A stretch of DNA of 64,000 bases, taken from the IMG/VR virus record IMGVR_UViG_3300019373_000210, positions 3,520 to 67,519 of that record, one strand, 5' to 3'. A program made the translations under genes and the position numbers. The notes below the pieces were generated by a model, which was given only the letters and a program-made list of their open reading frames with translations, did not search any database and had not been told where the DNA came from. This stretch comes from a virus. Lineage: Duplodnaviria > Caudoviricetes. Positions 37,535 through 46,343 of the stretch are shown in pieces. Within the stretch, counting starts at the first letter, position 1; each line of letters opens with the position of its first letter.

Positions 37535-38992
37535 CTATCTGTTTTGACGCTTCATGCGCTCCAGATCTTTACCCGTTTCGCTGTAACCTCTATTCTCGCT
37601 AACTTTAAGCTCGTTAACGTCCGCCGCATAGTTGACTATGCCATCGCCACCGTCAACAAGCTGTATTGCTTCGCAAATATGCTGATAGATATCCCGTGAG
37701 TACATCTCTTGCTCGGGGCCGCCATAGTCAATGTGCAAGATGATGTGATTTACAACGTTGTTAGTCGCCTCAAGCGGAAGGATGTAGACGAAAATTCGAC
37801 TTCCTGATGAATTGTCGAATACCACTTTCAGCCATTCACGAGGATCCTGCTTCATATCGGGATCGCCATATTTGCTCTTTACGTAATCGATGAAGTCCTT
37901 AGAGATGATTACGTCCACGTCAGCTTCTTTGTATCCGGTGAGCTGCTCTATCCATTCGAGGTTAATCTCAGATGTCAGGAAATCGATGATGTCCTCGCCC
38001 CATTCCGCTCTTTCACAAGAAGCGTCATACCTCAACTTATAGAGGCCACTCAGCTCCGACAATCTCCTATCCGCCCTATCAATCTCTTCTATGTATTTCT
38101 TTAAGTCATCAACCGATGGACTGTCCGCTTGCTTTAGGTAAGCGTCTTTCCCCATCTGCGAGAATACCGTGATGTAACCCTGGTATCTTTTCGCGACTTG
38201 CACTATCTCGGCGAACTCACCACGACACCAGAAGTTAATCTCTATGAGGTTTCGGGTTCTTGTCTCAGCGTCGCCATCACTGGCGTTTCCAGTATGGGCT
38301 TCCCAATCAGCAAGCTCTTGCTGCACCTTTCCTTGAAGGTAGCTAAGCTTCATACTAAATAAATCAAATTGCTGATCCCATTCTTCAACTTTGTCATCAA
38401 TGGTGTACCCGAGTCGTTCTAATCCTGACTTAGCTGAAATTGCCACTGCGGTTGCCGCCTCAAACAACCCAGCCTTGTAAAGCTGCTGTCCATCTTTTAT
38501 GGCGTTGAAGAAAATCTGAAGTCTGTTAGGCGTAAACTTTTCATGCGGCTTCGCTTCGATTTCATGGAAGGACCCCGTTGCGTTTTGAAGGTAAGTTTTC
38601 GCTTCTTGGCTGCTACCCTCGTTCTTCCGCGATACGTCGCTGCGAATTGCCGTTATCGCCTGCTCGAGTTCCTGGTTCTTCTGAAGCAGCATTTCTTCGC
38701 TGCGCTTAACGTCATCCATCAGCCGGCTGTAGTTTGCGTCCATCCGGCAAAGCTCAATCTGGACGTCTGAGCTAATCGAGCTCTGATATTGGCTTAGCAA
38801 TCGTTCGTATTCGGCTTGAGTTGTGCTGTCGTGGTCTCTTATTGCTCGCCGCATCTCAGCTTGATACGAATCAAGCTGCCGCCGATTGTCTGCAACAAGG
38901 CTCTGTCGCGCTTGCGCAGCTTCAGCGTTTTGCTGTCGCAATTGCGCTTGTAATGCGTTTATTTCCTGCTCTAGCCGTCTTATCTCGTCCAT
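37535..38992 (-). CDS. Coiled-coil protein, paralog of 36000-37514
   Basis: 485 aa; shared EAKTxL..EKF..LYxxGx(Y/F)ExA..EW..F block. Confidence 0.8.
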   Translation of the reverse strand: MDEIRRLEQEINALQAQLRQQNAEAAQARQSLVADNRRQLDSYQAEMRRAIRDHDSTTQAEYERLLSQYQSSISSDVQIELCRMDANYSRLMDDVKRSEEMLLQKNQELEQAITAIRSDVSRKNEGSSQEAKTYLQNATGSFHEIEAKPHEKFTPNRLQIFFNAIKDGQQLYKAGLFEAATAVAISAKSGLERLGYTIDDKVEEWDQQFDLFSMKLSYLQGKVQQELADWEAHTGNASDGDAETRTRNLIEINFWCRGEFAEIVQVAKRYQGYITVFSQMGKDAYLKQADSPSVDDLKKYIEEIDRADRRLSELSGLYKLRYDASCERAEWGEDIIDFLTSEINLEWIEQLTGYKEADVDVIISKDFIDYVKSKYGDPDMKQDPREWLKVVFDNSSGSRIFVYILPLEATNNVVNHIILHIDYGGPEQEMYSRDIYQHICEAIQLVDGGDGIVNYAADVNELKVSENRGYSETGKDLERMKRQNR

Positions 38993-39098
38993 GGTGATTG
39001 CTCTTCTATGTCAGGCCAATCATTATTCGTCGAGCACTATAGCTACATTGTCGAATGGTTATTTGCTCCCCAGCTATGAAGACGTTCTTGTCAGTGCT

Positions 39099-40247
39099 TT
39101 ACGAAGAATGACCTCTGTTATTTGCTTTGATCTCGCTTTCTATTTCCATAGTCTTCTTTTGCTTGGCTTCTATGAAGAATCGTATTTGGCTCTCTGCTTC
39201 CTCCAGTTTCAGTCGAATCTCCTGAAAAATGGTTTCGATGGGCATAACATCCTGGTCTTTATAATGCTCAATGATGGCCTCATCGGCTTCCATTCTTGAT
39301 TTAACTTCTTCGAGTTCTGCTTCCAGCGATTCGTAGTCTTTTTTATATTCCGCTTCGATTTTCTCAAGGTGGTCAATAGCGCTCTGCTTCTTACGCGATA
39401 GCTGCCCCTGCTGTCGCTCTATTACAGATATCTCTTGTTCGATCCTTGCAAGGTCAGGGTCTGAGCATTCTTCGGCATGGACGTTAGTAGCCTCTTCTTG
39501 GCGGACGCCGCTTTCGGCCCGCTGCTCAATTTCCGTAACTGGGTTGTCGATTTGTGGTGTAACAGAAGCGCTTATGACCGTATCTGAACCCAAATCAAAA
39601 GAGGAAAAGCGCTCGTCTTGCAGTCCGAAACCAGCATCCAAATCAAAGCCTTGAAATCCATCGTTGGATGCTAATCGGCTATCAGCATCGAAAATGCTGT
39701 TGCTGCTTATTTCCTGGGGCTGTATTGGCTCGGGCTCGATGATTGGGGCTGAAGTCGGTTCTAGGCTAGATGCAGGAGGTTGAATCCGCCTGCTTTCTGA
39801 AATTGCTTCTGTTGGCGTGGAAACGCTCGCCTGCATCGAGGCTCTTCCACCAGCTATTTTCATTAAGTAGTTTTGCCGACCTTGTGGTACCAGTTCTATG
39901 CTTTTTGTCTCGCTACTAATCTCAAATTCGCATTCGACGGCTTTCGTCTTGCTTCTAACGACGCTCGCACTTTTTCCGGAAAAGGATGCATTGGCACTAA
40001 GCAGAAGCGTCAGAGGCGCATCGACCATAATGGGTCGGATTGTAAGGACCTCGCCGGCGGGGTCTTCGGAGATGTTGAATTTCCCAAAGACTTGAACGCG
40101 CTTCCCATCTTCGTGTATGGAGGAGGCGTAGTCTTCAGCGGGCTTATCCCCAAGCTTCAAAGAAAGCTTGATCATGCCGCCTAAAACATCCTGCAGGATA
40201 TTCAACTTGATAGAGTCTTTGGTAAAGACCTGGATATCAGAAGTCAT
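39099..40247 (-). CDS. Hypothetical protein: beta-rich N-terminus, low-complexity linker, C-terminal coiled coil
   Basis: 382 aa, overlaps the radical SAM stop. Confidence 0.75.
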   Translation of the reverse strand: MTSDIQVFTKDSIKLNILQDVLGGMIKLSLKLGDKPAEDYASSIHEDGKRVQVFGKFNISEDPAGEVLTIRPIMVDAPLTLLLSANASFSGKSASVVRSKTKAVECEFEISSETKSIELVPQGRQNYLMKIAGGRASMQASVSTPTEAISESRRIQPPASSLEPTSAPIIEPEPIQPQEISSNSIFDADSRLASNDGFQGFDLDAGFGLQDERFSSFDLGSDTVISASVTPQIDNPVTEIEQRAESGVRQEEATNVHAEECSDPDLARIEQEISVIERQQGQLSRKKQSAIDHLEKIEAEYKKDYESLEAELEEVKSRMEADEAIIEHYKDQDVMPIETIFQEIRLKLEEAESQIRFFIEAKQKKTMEIESEIKANNRGHSS

Positions 40248-40866
40248 TCCTCATGCCCCCGCTTTTACCCTTCAAGTCCCGCCAGATTTCAAGCACGTCT
40301 TTCGACGGGACGCCAATAAGTACCGCTTGCGTTGGCGATAGCTTAATCTCAGCGCGCCTGCTGCTGGACGAATAGTAAGCTTCGCCGATGCCGTCATAGC
40401 GGGGTGAGAGGTAATGAATTATTTGGTTAGACGATCCGACATATGCCCTTCCGTCATCGAGCCCTTTTATATATCGGCCATCGATCAGAATGTCTATTTC
40501 ATCAAGAAGAGGAGCCATATTTCTGTCCCCTTCAATTTCTTTCAGAGTGAATCCTGAATACAAGATGACACCGATATCACGCCGCTTTTTGACTTCTCCT
40601 ATCAGCTCCAGCAACTGTTGCGCTTGGAGCATTGGCTCACCGCCGCTAACCGTTATACCTTCACACGCGCTTACAGCAATTTTCTGAGAGAGCTCATGAA
40701 TATCGATGCATTCATGAGCTCCCTCTTTGGCGTTGTCCGCCAAACAACCATCGCAGTCAAAGCAACAGCCATACGTCCATATAACAAAGCGCTCGAATGG
40801 CCCAAGCAGCTCAGTGCTTGGTTCGATATGAGATACCTTTAAGAGCCCCTCCTCATTCGAGCGCAT
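40237..40866 (-). CDS. Radical SAM, NrdG/RNR-activase-like 4Fe-4S protein
   Basis: GCCFDCDGC (CxxxCxxC), ITVSGGEP, DILIDGRY, GSSNQ. Confidence 0.88.
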   Translation of the reverse strand: MRSNEEGLLKVSHIEPSTELLGPFERFVIWTYGCCFDCDGCLADNAKEGAHECIDIHELSQKIAVSACEGITVSGGEPMLQAQQLLELIGEVKKRRDIGVILYSGFTLKEIEGDRNMAPLLDEIDILIDGRYIKGLDDGRAYVGSSNQIIHYLSPRYDGIGEAYYSSSSRRAEIKLSPTQAVLIGVPSKDVLEIWRDLKGKSGGMRNDF

Positions 40867-40933
40867 GTCATACCTAATCTCCGACGAGGCAAGCTATGTG
40901 CTCTAGCATTGCACTTCGTCAGCTAAACCCCCG

Positions 40934-41524
40934 TTATACGTTTACGCCATAGTTGTGGCAAAGCGCCTCAAGCCCGCCCTGGTAACCAGCTGCTACAGCG
41001 TTAAACTTCCATTCTCCGTTCTTGCGGTAAATCTCGCAGACGACCAGAGCCGTCTCGATGGAGAACTCTTCCTCAAGGTCGAACTGGATAACGGTTTCGC
41101 CAACCGTGTCGAATTCATTCTGGATTTTTGCGACACGTACGTAAGCGTTGGAGACCTGCCCAAAGTTCTGGCGACGATTCACGGCATCATAAATGGTCAC
41201 CGTGATAGCAATCTTATCAACCTCGGGTGGAATCTTCGAAAAATCAATGAAGATCTGCTCATCGTCGCCGTCTTCGCTGTTGCCACCAGATTGGTCGTCA
41301 CCAGTCGACCATACCGTATGGTTGCCGAAATCCTGGTTTCCGTAGAAGACGAAGTGATTGTCGCTCAGGACTTTCCCGTTTGTTCCGCAGAGGAATGCCG
41401 AAGCGTCGAGGTCAAAATCATAACCTCCGTCATATTTATTCGGATCCCATCCGAGTCCAACAAGCGCCATCTTCATCGAGCTATCGAGCGATGCTCTCTG
41501 ACCTTTTTGTAGATTAACTGCCAT
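40934..41524 (-). CDS. terD: TerD-family protein
   Basis: MAVNLQKGQ, VGLGWD, FDLDASAF, GDDEQI, WKFNAV; start ATG 41524. Confidence 0.92.
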   Translation of the reverse strand: MAVNLQKGQRASLDSSMKMALVGLGWDPNKYDGGYDFDLDASAFLCGTNGKVLSDNHFVFYGNQDFGNHTVWSTGDDQSGGNSEDGDDEQIFIDFSKIPPEVDKIAITVTIYDAVNRRQNFGQVSNAYVRVAKIQNEFDTVGETVIQFDLEEEFSIETALVVCEIYRKNGEWKFNAVAAGYQGGLEALCHNYGVNV

Positions 41525-41556
41525 GTCCTTCTCCTTTTTTCGCTGTCGTACATTAC

Positions 41557-42123
41557 CTAAACTAATACACCGTATTTCTGGCACATCATTTCGAGATCGC
41601 CTTGGTTGCCATCTGCAATAGCTTTCATCTCCCATTCGTTGTTATTGCGGCAAAGTTCGCAGACAACAAGCGCGGTTTCGTCGGTTAATCCTTTCACAAT
41701 ATCGAACCGAACCATGTTTTCGCCAACGGCGTCAAATTCGTTCTGAGCCCTCGCGACACGAACGTACATGCTGCCTATCTGGCCGAAAGTTTGCCGACGA
41801 TTCTTAGCGTCATAAATCGTTATCGTAAAAACAATCTTATCTACCCATTCAGGTAGTCTGTTAAAGTCAACGTAGATTGCTTCGTCGTCGTTGATTTCAC
41901 TGCAATAGCAAACGCCAGTAGACCATATCGTACGATCATTCCAATCTAGATTGCCGTAGAAAACGAAGTCCTCGTCGCTTCGAACGTGCCCATTTATGGC
42001 GCAAATGAATGCTGATGCGTCAATGGCGAATTCTCTTCCGCAATCCCAGCCAAATCCGACAAGCACAAATGGAGCTGCGATGTCTAGCTTCGCTGTTTGT
42101 CCTTTTGAGAGATGTACAGTCAT
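41557..42123 (-). CDS. terD: TerD-family protein, divergent
   Basis: LSKGQ, VGFGWD, IDASAF, FVFYGN; GDNxTG motif replaced by GVCYCSE. Confidence 0.85.
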   Translation of the reverse strand: MTVHLSKGQTAKLDIAAPFVLVGFGWDCGREFAIDASAFICAINGHVRSDEDFVFYGNLDWNDRTIWSTGVCYCSEINDDEAIYVDFNRLPEWVDKIVFTITIYDAKNRRQTFGQIGSMYVRVARAQNEFDAVGENMVRFDIVKGLTDETALVVCELCRNNNEWEMKAIADGNQGDLEMMCQKYGVLV

Positions 42124-42142
42124 TCTGTCTCTTAATACCCCA

Positions 42143-42781
42143 TTAGCGCCATACAGATGCTGGCAATCCGTACCTTTCGGCCAAATCTGCTACAGACCAC
42201 AGCTGCAATGGCTGGCCTATTGCATTGAACTTCCACTCGCCGTTGTGCCTATAGAGCTCTCCGAAAACTACTGCTGTCATCCCACTATAGTTTTCTGAGA
42301 GGTTATAGATGCAAAGCTCCCTATTGGTGTCGGCATCGACGAGACGGATGAACGCGTTTCGAATCATTCCAAAATGCTGGTTCTTCCTCGTCGCCTGATA
42401 AATGCTTACAAGAATTGCCACACGCTCATATTGCGCAGGAAGCATAGACAAATTGACTTCTATTTGCTCGTCATCCCCGTCGCCAGCGCCAGTAAGGTTG
42501 TCTCCTTGATGATTGACGCAGCCGCTGAAATGTCGCAAGTTATTGAAGAATACGACGTCATCCTTCTTCGTCAATCTCCCATTGCCATCGAGGAGGAAAG
42601 CTATGGCGTCGCAGTCTATTTCATCTACTTGCTGCTGCCCGCCACCGAACAATCCGCTAAACATTCCGCCCGATTGTGGTTTCTGGGCTTCGTCCCAACC
42701 AAGGCCAACCATAACCCTGCGTAGACTAGCATTGCCCTTAGTCAGATCTACTTTTTGTCCCTTCTGAAGCGAAACAGCCAT
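42143..42781 (-). CDS. terD: TerD/TerZ-family protein
   Basis: LQKGQKVDL, VGLGWD, GDNLTGAGDGDDEQI. Confidence 0.92.
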   Translation of the reverse strand: MAVSLQKGQKVDLTKGNASLRRVMVGLGWDEAQKPQSGGMFSGLFGGGQQQVDEIDCDAIAFLLDGNGRLTKKDDVVFFNNLRHFSGCVNHQGDNLTGAGDGDDEQIEVNLSMLPAQYERVAILVSIYQATRKNQHFGMIRNAFIRLVDADTNRELCIYNLSENYSGMTAVVFGELYRHNGEWKFNAIGQPLQLWSVADLAERYGLPASVWR

Positions 42782-42832
42782 AAAAACTCCTTTCTCCTCG
42801 ATTTGGTTTATGTCGCATTGATTTTGCTTTGC

Positions 42833-43465
42833 TTAATTAACCCTGAGCCCAAATCTGCTTGCAATTTCGCTAACGCTGTTATCGTAAGTCGGCTGTCCGA
42901 TAGCCCCGAACTTCCATTCGCCGTTATGGCGATAGACTTCGCCAAAGACCATTGCTGTATATCCCGAATAGTTCTCATTCAGGTCATAACGGCAGAGCTC
43001 TCGGTTGGTGTCTGCATCGACCAGACGAATGAAGCAGTTCCTAATCATGCCAAATTGCTGATTGCGTTGCTTGGCCTGATAAATTGTTACGACGAAAACG
43101 ATTTTCTCGTACATTGCGGGCACGGCAGCCAGATTGACCAGAATCTGTTCGTCGTCGCCTTCGCCAGCTCCTGTTAAGTTGTCTCCCTGGTGAACGACAG
43201 TGCCGCTGGAATGGATGAGGTTTCCGTAATACACGACGTCTGCAACATTGTTTATGCTGCCGTTGGAAATCAGGAAAGCCGAAGCATCGCAGTCGATGTC
43301 CTGTTTAGGAGCGCTGGGTCCGCTGAAAAGCCCGCCAAAGAGTCCGCCACTGCGCTGTGGCGCCTGATCGACTTCATCCCAGCCGAGTCCGACCATCACC
43401 CCCCTCAAACCGGCATTGCCTTTGGTCAAATCGACCTTTTGGCCCTTTTGCAAATTGACGCCCAT
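42833..43465 (-). CDS. terD: TerD/TerZ-family protein
   Basis: LQKGQKVDL, VGLGWD, GDNLTGAGEGDDEQI. Confidence 0.92.
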   Translation of the reverse strand: MGVNLQKGQKVDLTKGNAGLRGVMVGLGWDEVDQAPQRSGGLFGGLFSGPSAPKQDIDCDASAFLISNGSINNVADVVYYGNLIHSSGTVVHQGDNLTGAGEGDDEQILVNLAAVPAMYEKIVFVVTIYQAKQRNQQFGMIRNCFIRLVDADTNRELCRYDLNENYSGYTAMVFGEVYRHNGEWKFGAIGQPTYDNSVSEIASRFGLRVN

Positions 43466-43487
43466 GACTTCTCCTTTCTAAGAAGCT

Positions 43488-46139
43488 TTAATCGTTCTTA
43501 TGAGTTGCGTTCCAAATCACCTTGCGGATGAGATCCACGGGAATGATGGAAATCGCCAACACGAGGACGAACGCCCATTCTTGGACGTTGAGGCCATAAC
43601 AACGGAAAATCGCACCGCCGAAATAGGTCATCAAAACTTGGACCACGACGATGAGCGCGATGATCTTCAAGAATCCCTTGTTGCCACTGATATTGTCGAA
43701 AAGATTCATCTGATCGGTGCGTGCGTTAAACGCATTGAACACAGATATGAAAATGAAGAAACAGAAATAGCCTGTCAGTAAGTAGCCGTTATCTGGCGCT
43801 TCGCGGAAAATGCTATGCGAGAACGGCGTAAGAAGGACAATCATGCTGAGGGCAAAAGTCCAGAGCGCTCCGGTGAGGATTGCCGACCACATGTACCCGT
43901 TAACAATCTTCTCGTCGCGGCGTTTCGGTTTCTCTTGCATGAACCTACGCAACGCAGGCTCCCCGCCGAGAGCGAGTGCAGCAAGCGTGTCCATGACAAG
44001 ATTCACCCAGAGAATCTGCGTAATAGAAAGCGGGTTCGCCATTCCGATGAGTGGGAACACAAACGAAACGAGCACTGCCGCAACGTTAATCGTGAGCTGG
44101 AAGATGATGAATTTCCTGATGCTGTTGAAAATAGTGCGGCCATAGAGCACGGCCTTCTCGATCGAGCTGAAGTTGTCGTCCAGGATGACGATTTCTGCTG
44201 CTTCCTTCGCGACCTCCGTGCCGCCGCCCATGGCGAAGCCCACATCGGCGCGCTTCAGCGCCGTCGAATCGTTCACGCCGTCGCCGGTCATGCCGACGAC
44301 CAGGTTCTGGTCCTGGGCCACCTTGACGAGGCGGCTTTTATCGCTCGGGAGGGCGCGGGCGATGACCCGGATGTCGGACAGCTTCGCGGCAAGCTCTTCG
44401 TCTGTCATTTCTTGTAGCTCGGCCGATGTCAGGACGAGGTTCTTCGGGTCGTCGATCAATCCGGCGTCCTTGGCGATAGCCTCGGCGGTCTCGCGGCGGT
44501 CGCCGGTGATCATCACTACCTGGATGCCGGCGCTGCGCGCCTCCTTGATTGCGGAAATGGATTCCGGTCGTATCTCGTCGCGGATTCCAACTAGGCCCGC
44601 AAGCGTCCAGCCGAAATCGCTCAGCATGCCGTCGGAAATAGATCCGTCGTAATGGGCGAAGGCGAGAACGCGCATAGCCTTCTCGGCCAAGGCGTCGATA
44701 GCCGCATTGAGGGCGTCGACATTCAACGGAACTACGTTTCCATCTGCGTCAAGTCCATTCGCACATTTCGGAAGGATCATCTCAGGCGCGCCCTTGACGT
44801 AAACCCGATTTGTTCCGCCTTCGGCGATTTCGACGGCAGAGTACTTCTGCTCGCTGTTGAACGGTATTTCGTTAACGGGATCAATCGATTCCGCAACAGC
44901 ATTGGCCACAAAGTTCAGCAGCGCACGTTCGGTGGCGTTTCCGCCGACAGGTACGGGCTTTCCCTCATGGCTCGTGAGGATAGCTTCGGTATTTTGGAGC
45001 GAGTTCTGCACGAATACGCTGCGGATAGAATCGGGAATCGTTTCCAAAGAATCGTATTTCTTGCAGTTCACGTCGATGAACGACACGACTTCGAGCTGGC
45101 CTCTTGTGATCGTTCCGGTCTTATCGCTGAACAAGATGTTCAGACTGCCGGCGGTCTCGATGCCGTTGATCTCGCGTACAAGAACGTTGTCCTTGAGCAT
45201 TTTGCCCATGTTCATGGACGAGACGAGGGCGATCATGAGGGGCAGGCCCTCGGGAACGGCCATAACGATGATGATAACGGCGAGCATGACTGCTTCGACG
45301 ATGTCGTTGATGACCACCATCGGATTCGAGCAGTAGCTGGCGATGGCCGCCATGTCGAACCCGTTCTGAAGCACGATTGCCTGGAACAGGTAGGCGAGGG
45401 CGATAGCTACGCCGCCGATGTAGCCGAAGCGGCTGATGCCCTGGGCCAAGTCGGCCAGCTTCACCTGAAGCGGCGTTTGCCTATCGTCATCCTGCTGAAG
45501 CTCGTTCGCTATGGTTCCGTAAATGGTGTTATCGCCAACCTTTGCGACATGCAGAACCGCGCTGCCAGAGCAAACGATGCTCCCCCTGTAAAGGTCATGC
45601 GGCGTCAGGAAGTCGATGCTGTCCCCTTGCTGGTACCCCTCTGGGGCAGCCGTCTTCTTCGCCTCTTTCGCCTCTCCGTTCAGGACGGATTGGTCTACGG
45701 CCAGACCGCCGTCGATAAGGTACCCGTCGGCAGGAACCTTGTCGCCAGACTGGAGGAGGACCGCATCGCCAACGACGATTTCATCGATGTGAATCTCTTC
45801 GACTTCACCATCACGGTAAACCTTGCAGACGATGCGAGAGGCTTCCTCCTGCAGCTTCTGGAAGGCGCCTTCGTTCTTGTATTCCGAGTACGTCGAAACG
45901 AACGTGGCGATTATCACTGCTACGGCAATGCCCACCGATTCGTACCATTCGGTTTGGCCGAAGAAGGTGAGGATGACGTTGATGATGAGGGCGACAACCA
46001 GAATCTTGATCATGGGATCGCCGAAGTTGTCTTTCAGCTTCGACCAGAAGGATTCACGCTCAACCTCCGACAGCGCATTCGTACCGTATTGGCGTCTAGA
46101 TTCTTCGACTTCCTGCGTCGTCAAACCAAACTTTGCCAT
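43488..46139 (-). CDS. Ca2+-translocating P-type ATPase (type II)
   Basis: VPEGLP, DKTGT, KGAPE, MITGD, TGDGVND; start ATG 46139 with GGAGG RBS. Confidence 0.93.
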   Translation of the reverse strand: MAKFGLTTQEVEESRRQYGTNALSEVERESFWSKLKDNFGDPMIKILVVALIINVILTFFGQTEWYESVGIAVAVIIATFVSTYSEYKNEGAFQKLQEEASRIVCKVYRDGEVEEIHIDEIVVGDAVLLQSGDKVPADGYLIDGGLAVDQSVLNGEAKEAKKTAAPEGYQQGDSIDFLTPHDLYRGSIVCSGSAVLHVAKVGDNTIYGTIANELQQDDDRQTPLQVKLADLAQGISRFGYIGGVAIALAYLFQAIVLQNGFDMAAIASYCSNPMVVINDIVEAVMLAVIIIVMAVPEGLPLMIALVSSMNMGKMLKDNVLVREINGIETAGSLNILFSDKTGTITRGQLEVVSFIDVNCKKYDSLETIPDSIRSVFVQNSLQNTEAILTSHEGKPVPVGGNATERALLNFVANAVAESIDPVNEIPFNSEQKYSAVEIAEGGTNRVYVKGAPEMILPKCANGLDADGNVVPLNVDALNAAIDALAEKAMRVLAFAHYDGSISDGMLSDFGWTLAGLVGIRDEIRPESISAIKEARSAGIQVVMITGDRRETAEAIAKDAGLIDDPKNLVLTSAELQEMTDEELAAKLSDIRVIARALPSDKSRLVKVAQDQNLVVGMTGDGVNDSTALKRADVGFAMGGGTEVAKEAAEIVILDDNFSSIEKAVLYGRTIFNSIRKFIIFQLTINVAAVLVSFVFPLIGMANPLSITQILWVNLVMDTLAALALGGEPALRRFMQEKPKRRDEKIVNGYMWSAILTGALWTFALSMIVLLTPFSHSIFREAPDNGYLLTGYFCFFIFISVFNAFNARTDQMNLFDNISGNKGFLKIIALIVVVQVLMTYFGGAIFRCYGLNVQEWAFVLVLAISIIPVDLIRKVIWNATHKND

Positions 46140-46226
46140 CAACTCGCCTCCAAACAAAAAGCGCCGCTCCTGTCCGTCGAGCCGCGCTTAGAACGTTTGC
46201 CTCTTCTAATGGTCAGAAACTCATAT

Positions 46227-46232
46227 ATTATA
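46227..46232 (-). promoter_or_regulatory. Candidate -10 box (TATAAT) for the Ter/toxin operon
   Basis: AT-rich intergenic gap upstream of the P-type ATPase; no clear -35. Confidence 0.4.
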
Positions 46233-46343
46233 CATTGTCGAGTAAGGCACATTGCCCAATCAACCCACCTTTTTGATGCTAAAATATTATTTCGCCCTAA
46301 TTTCTTCAGTCGTCATACCAGATAGCTTTAATTAATCCAGTAT

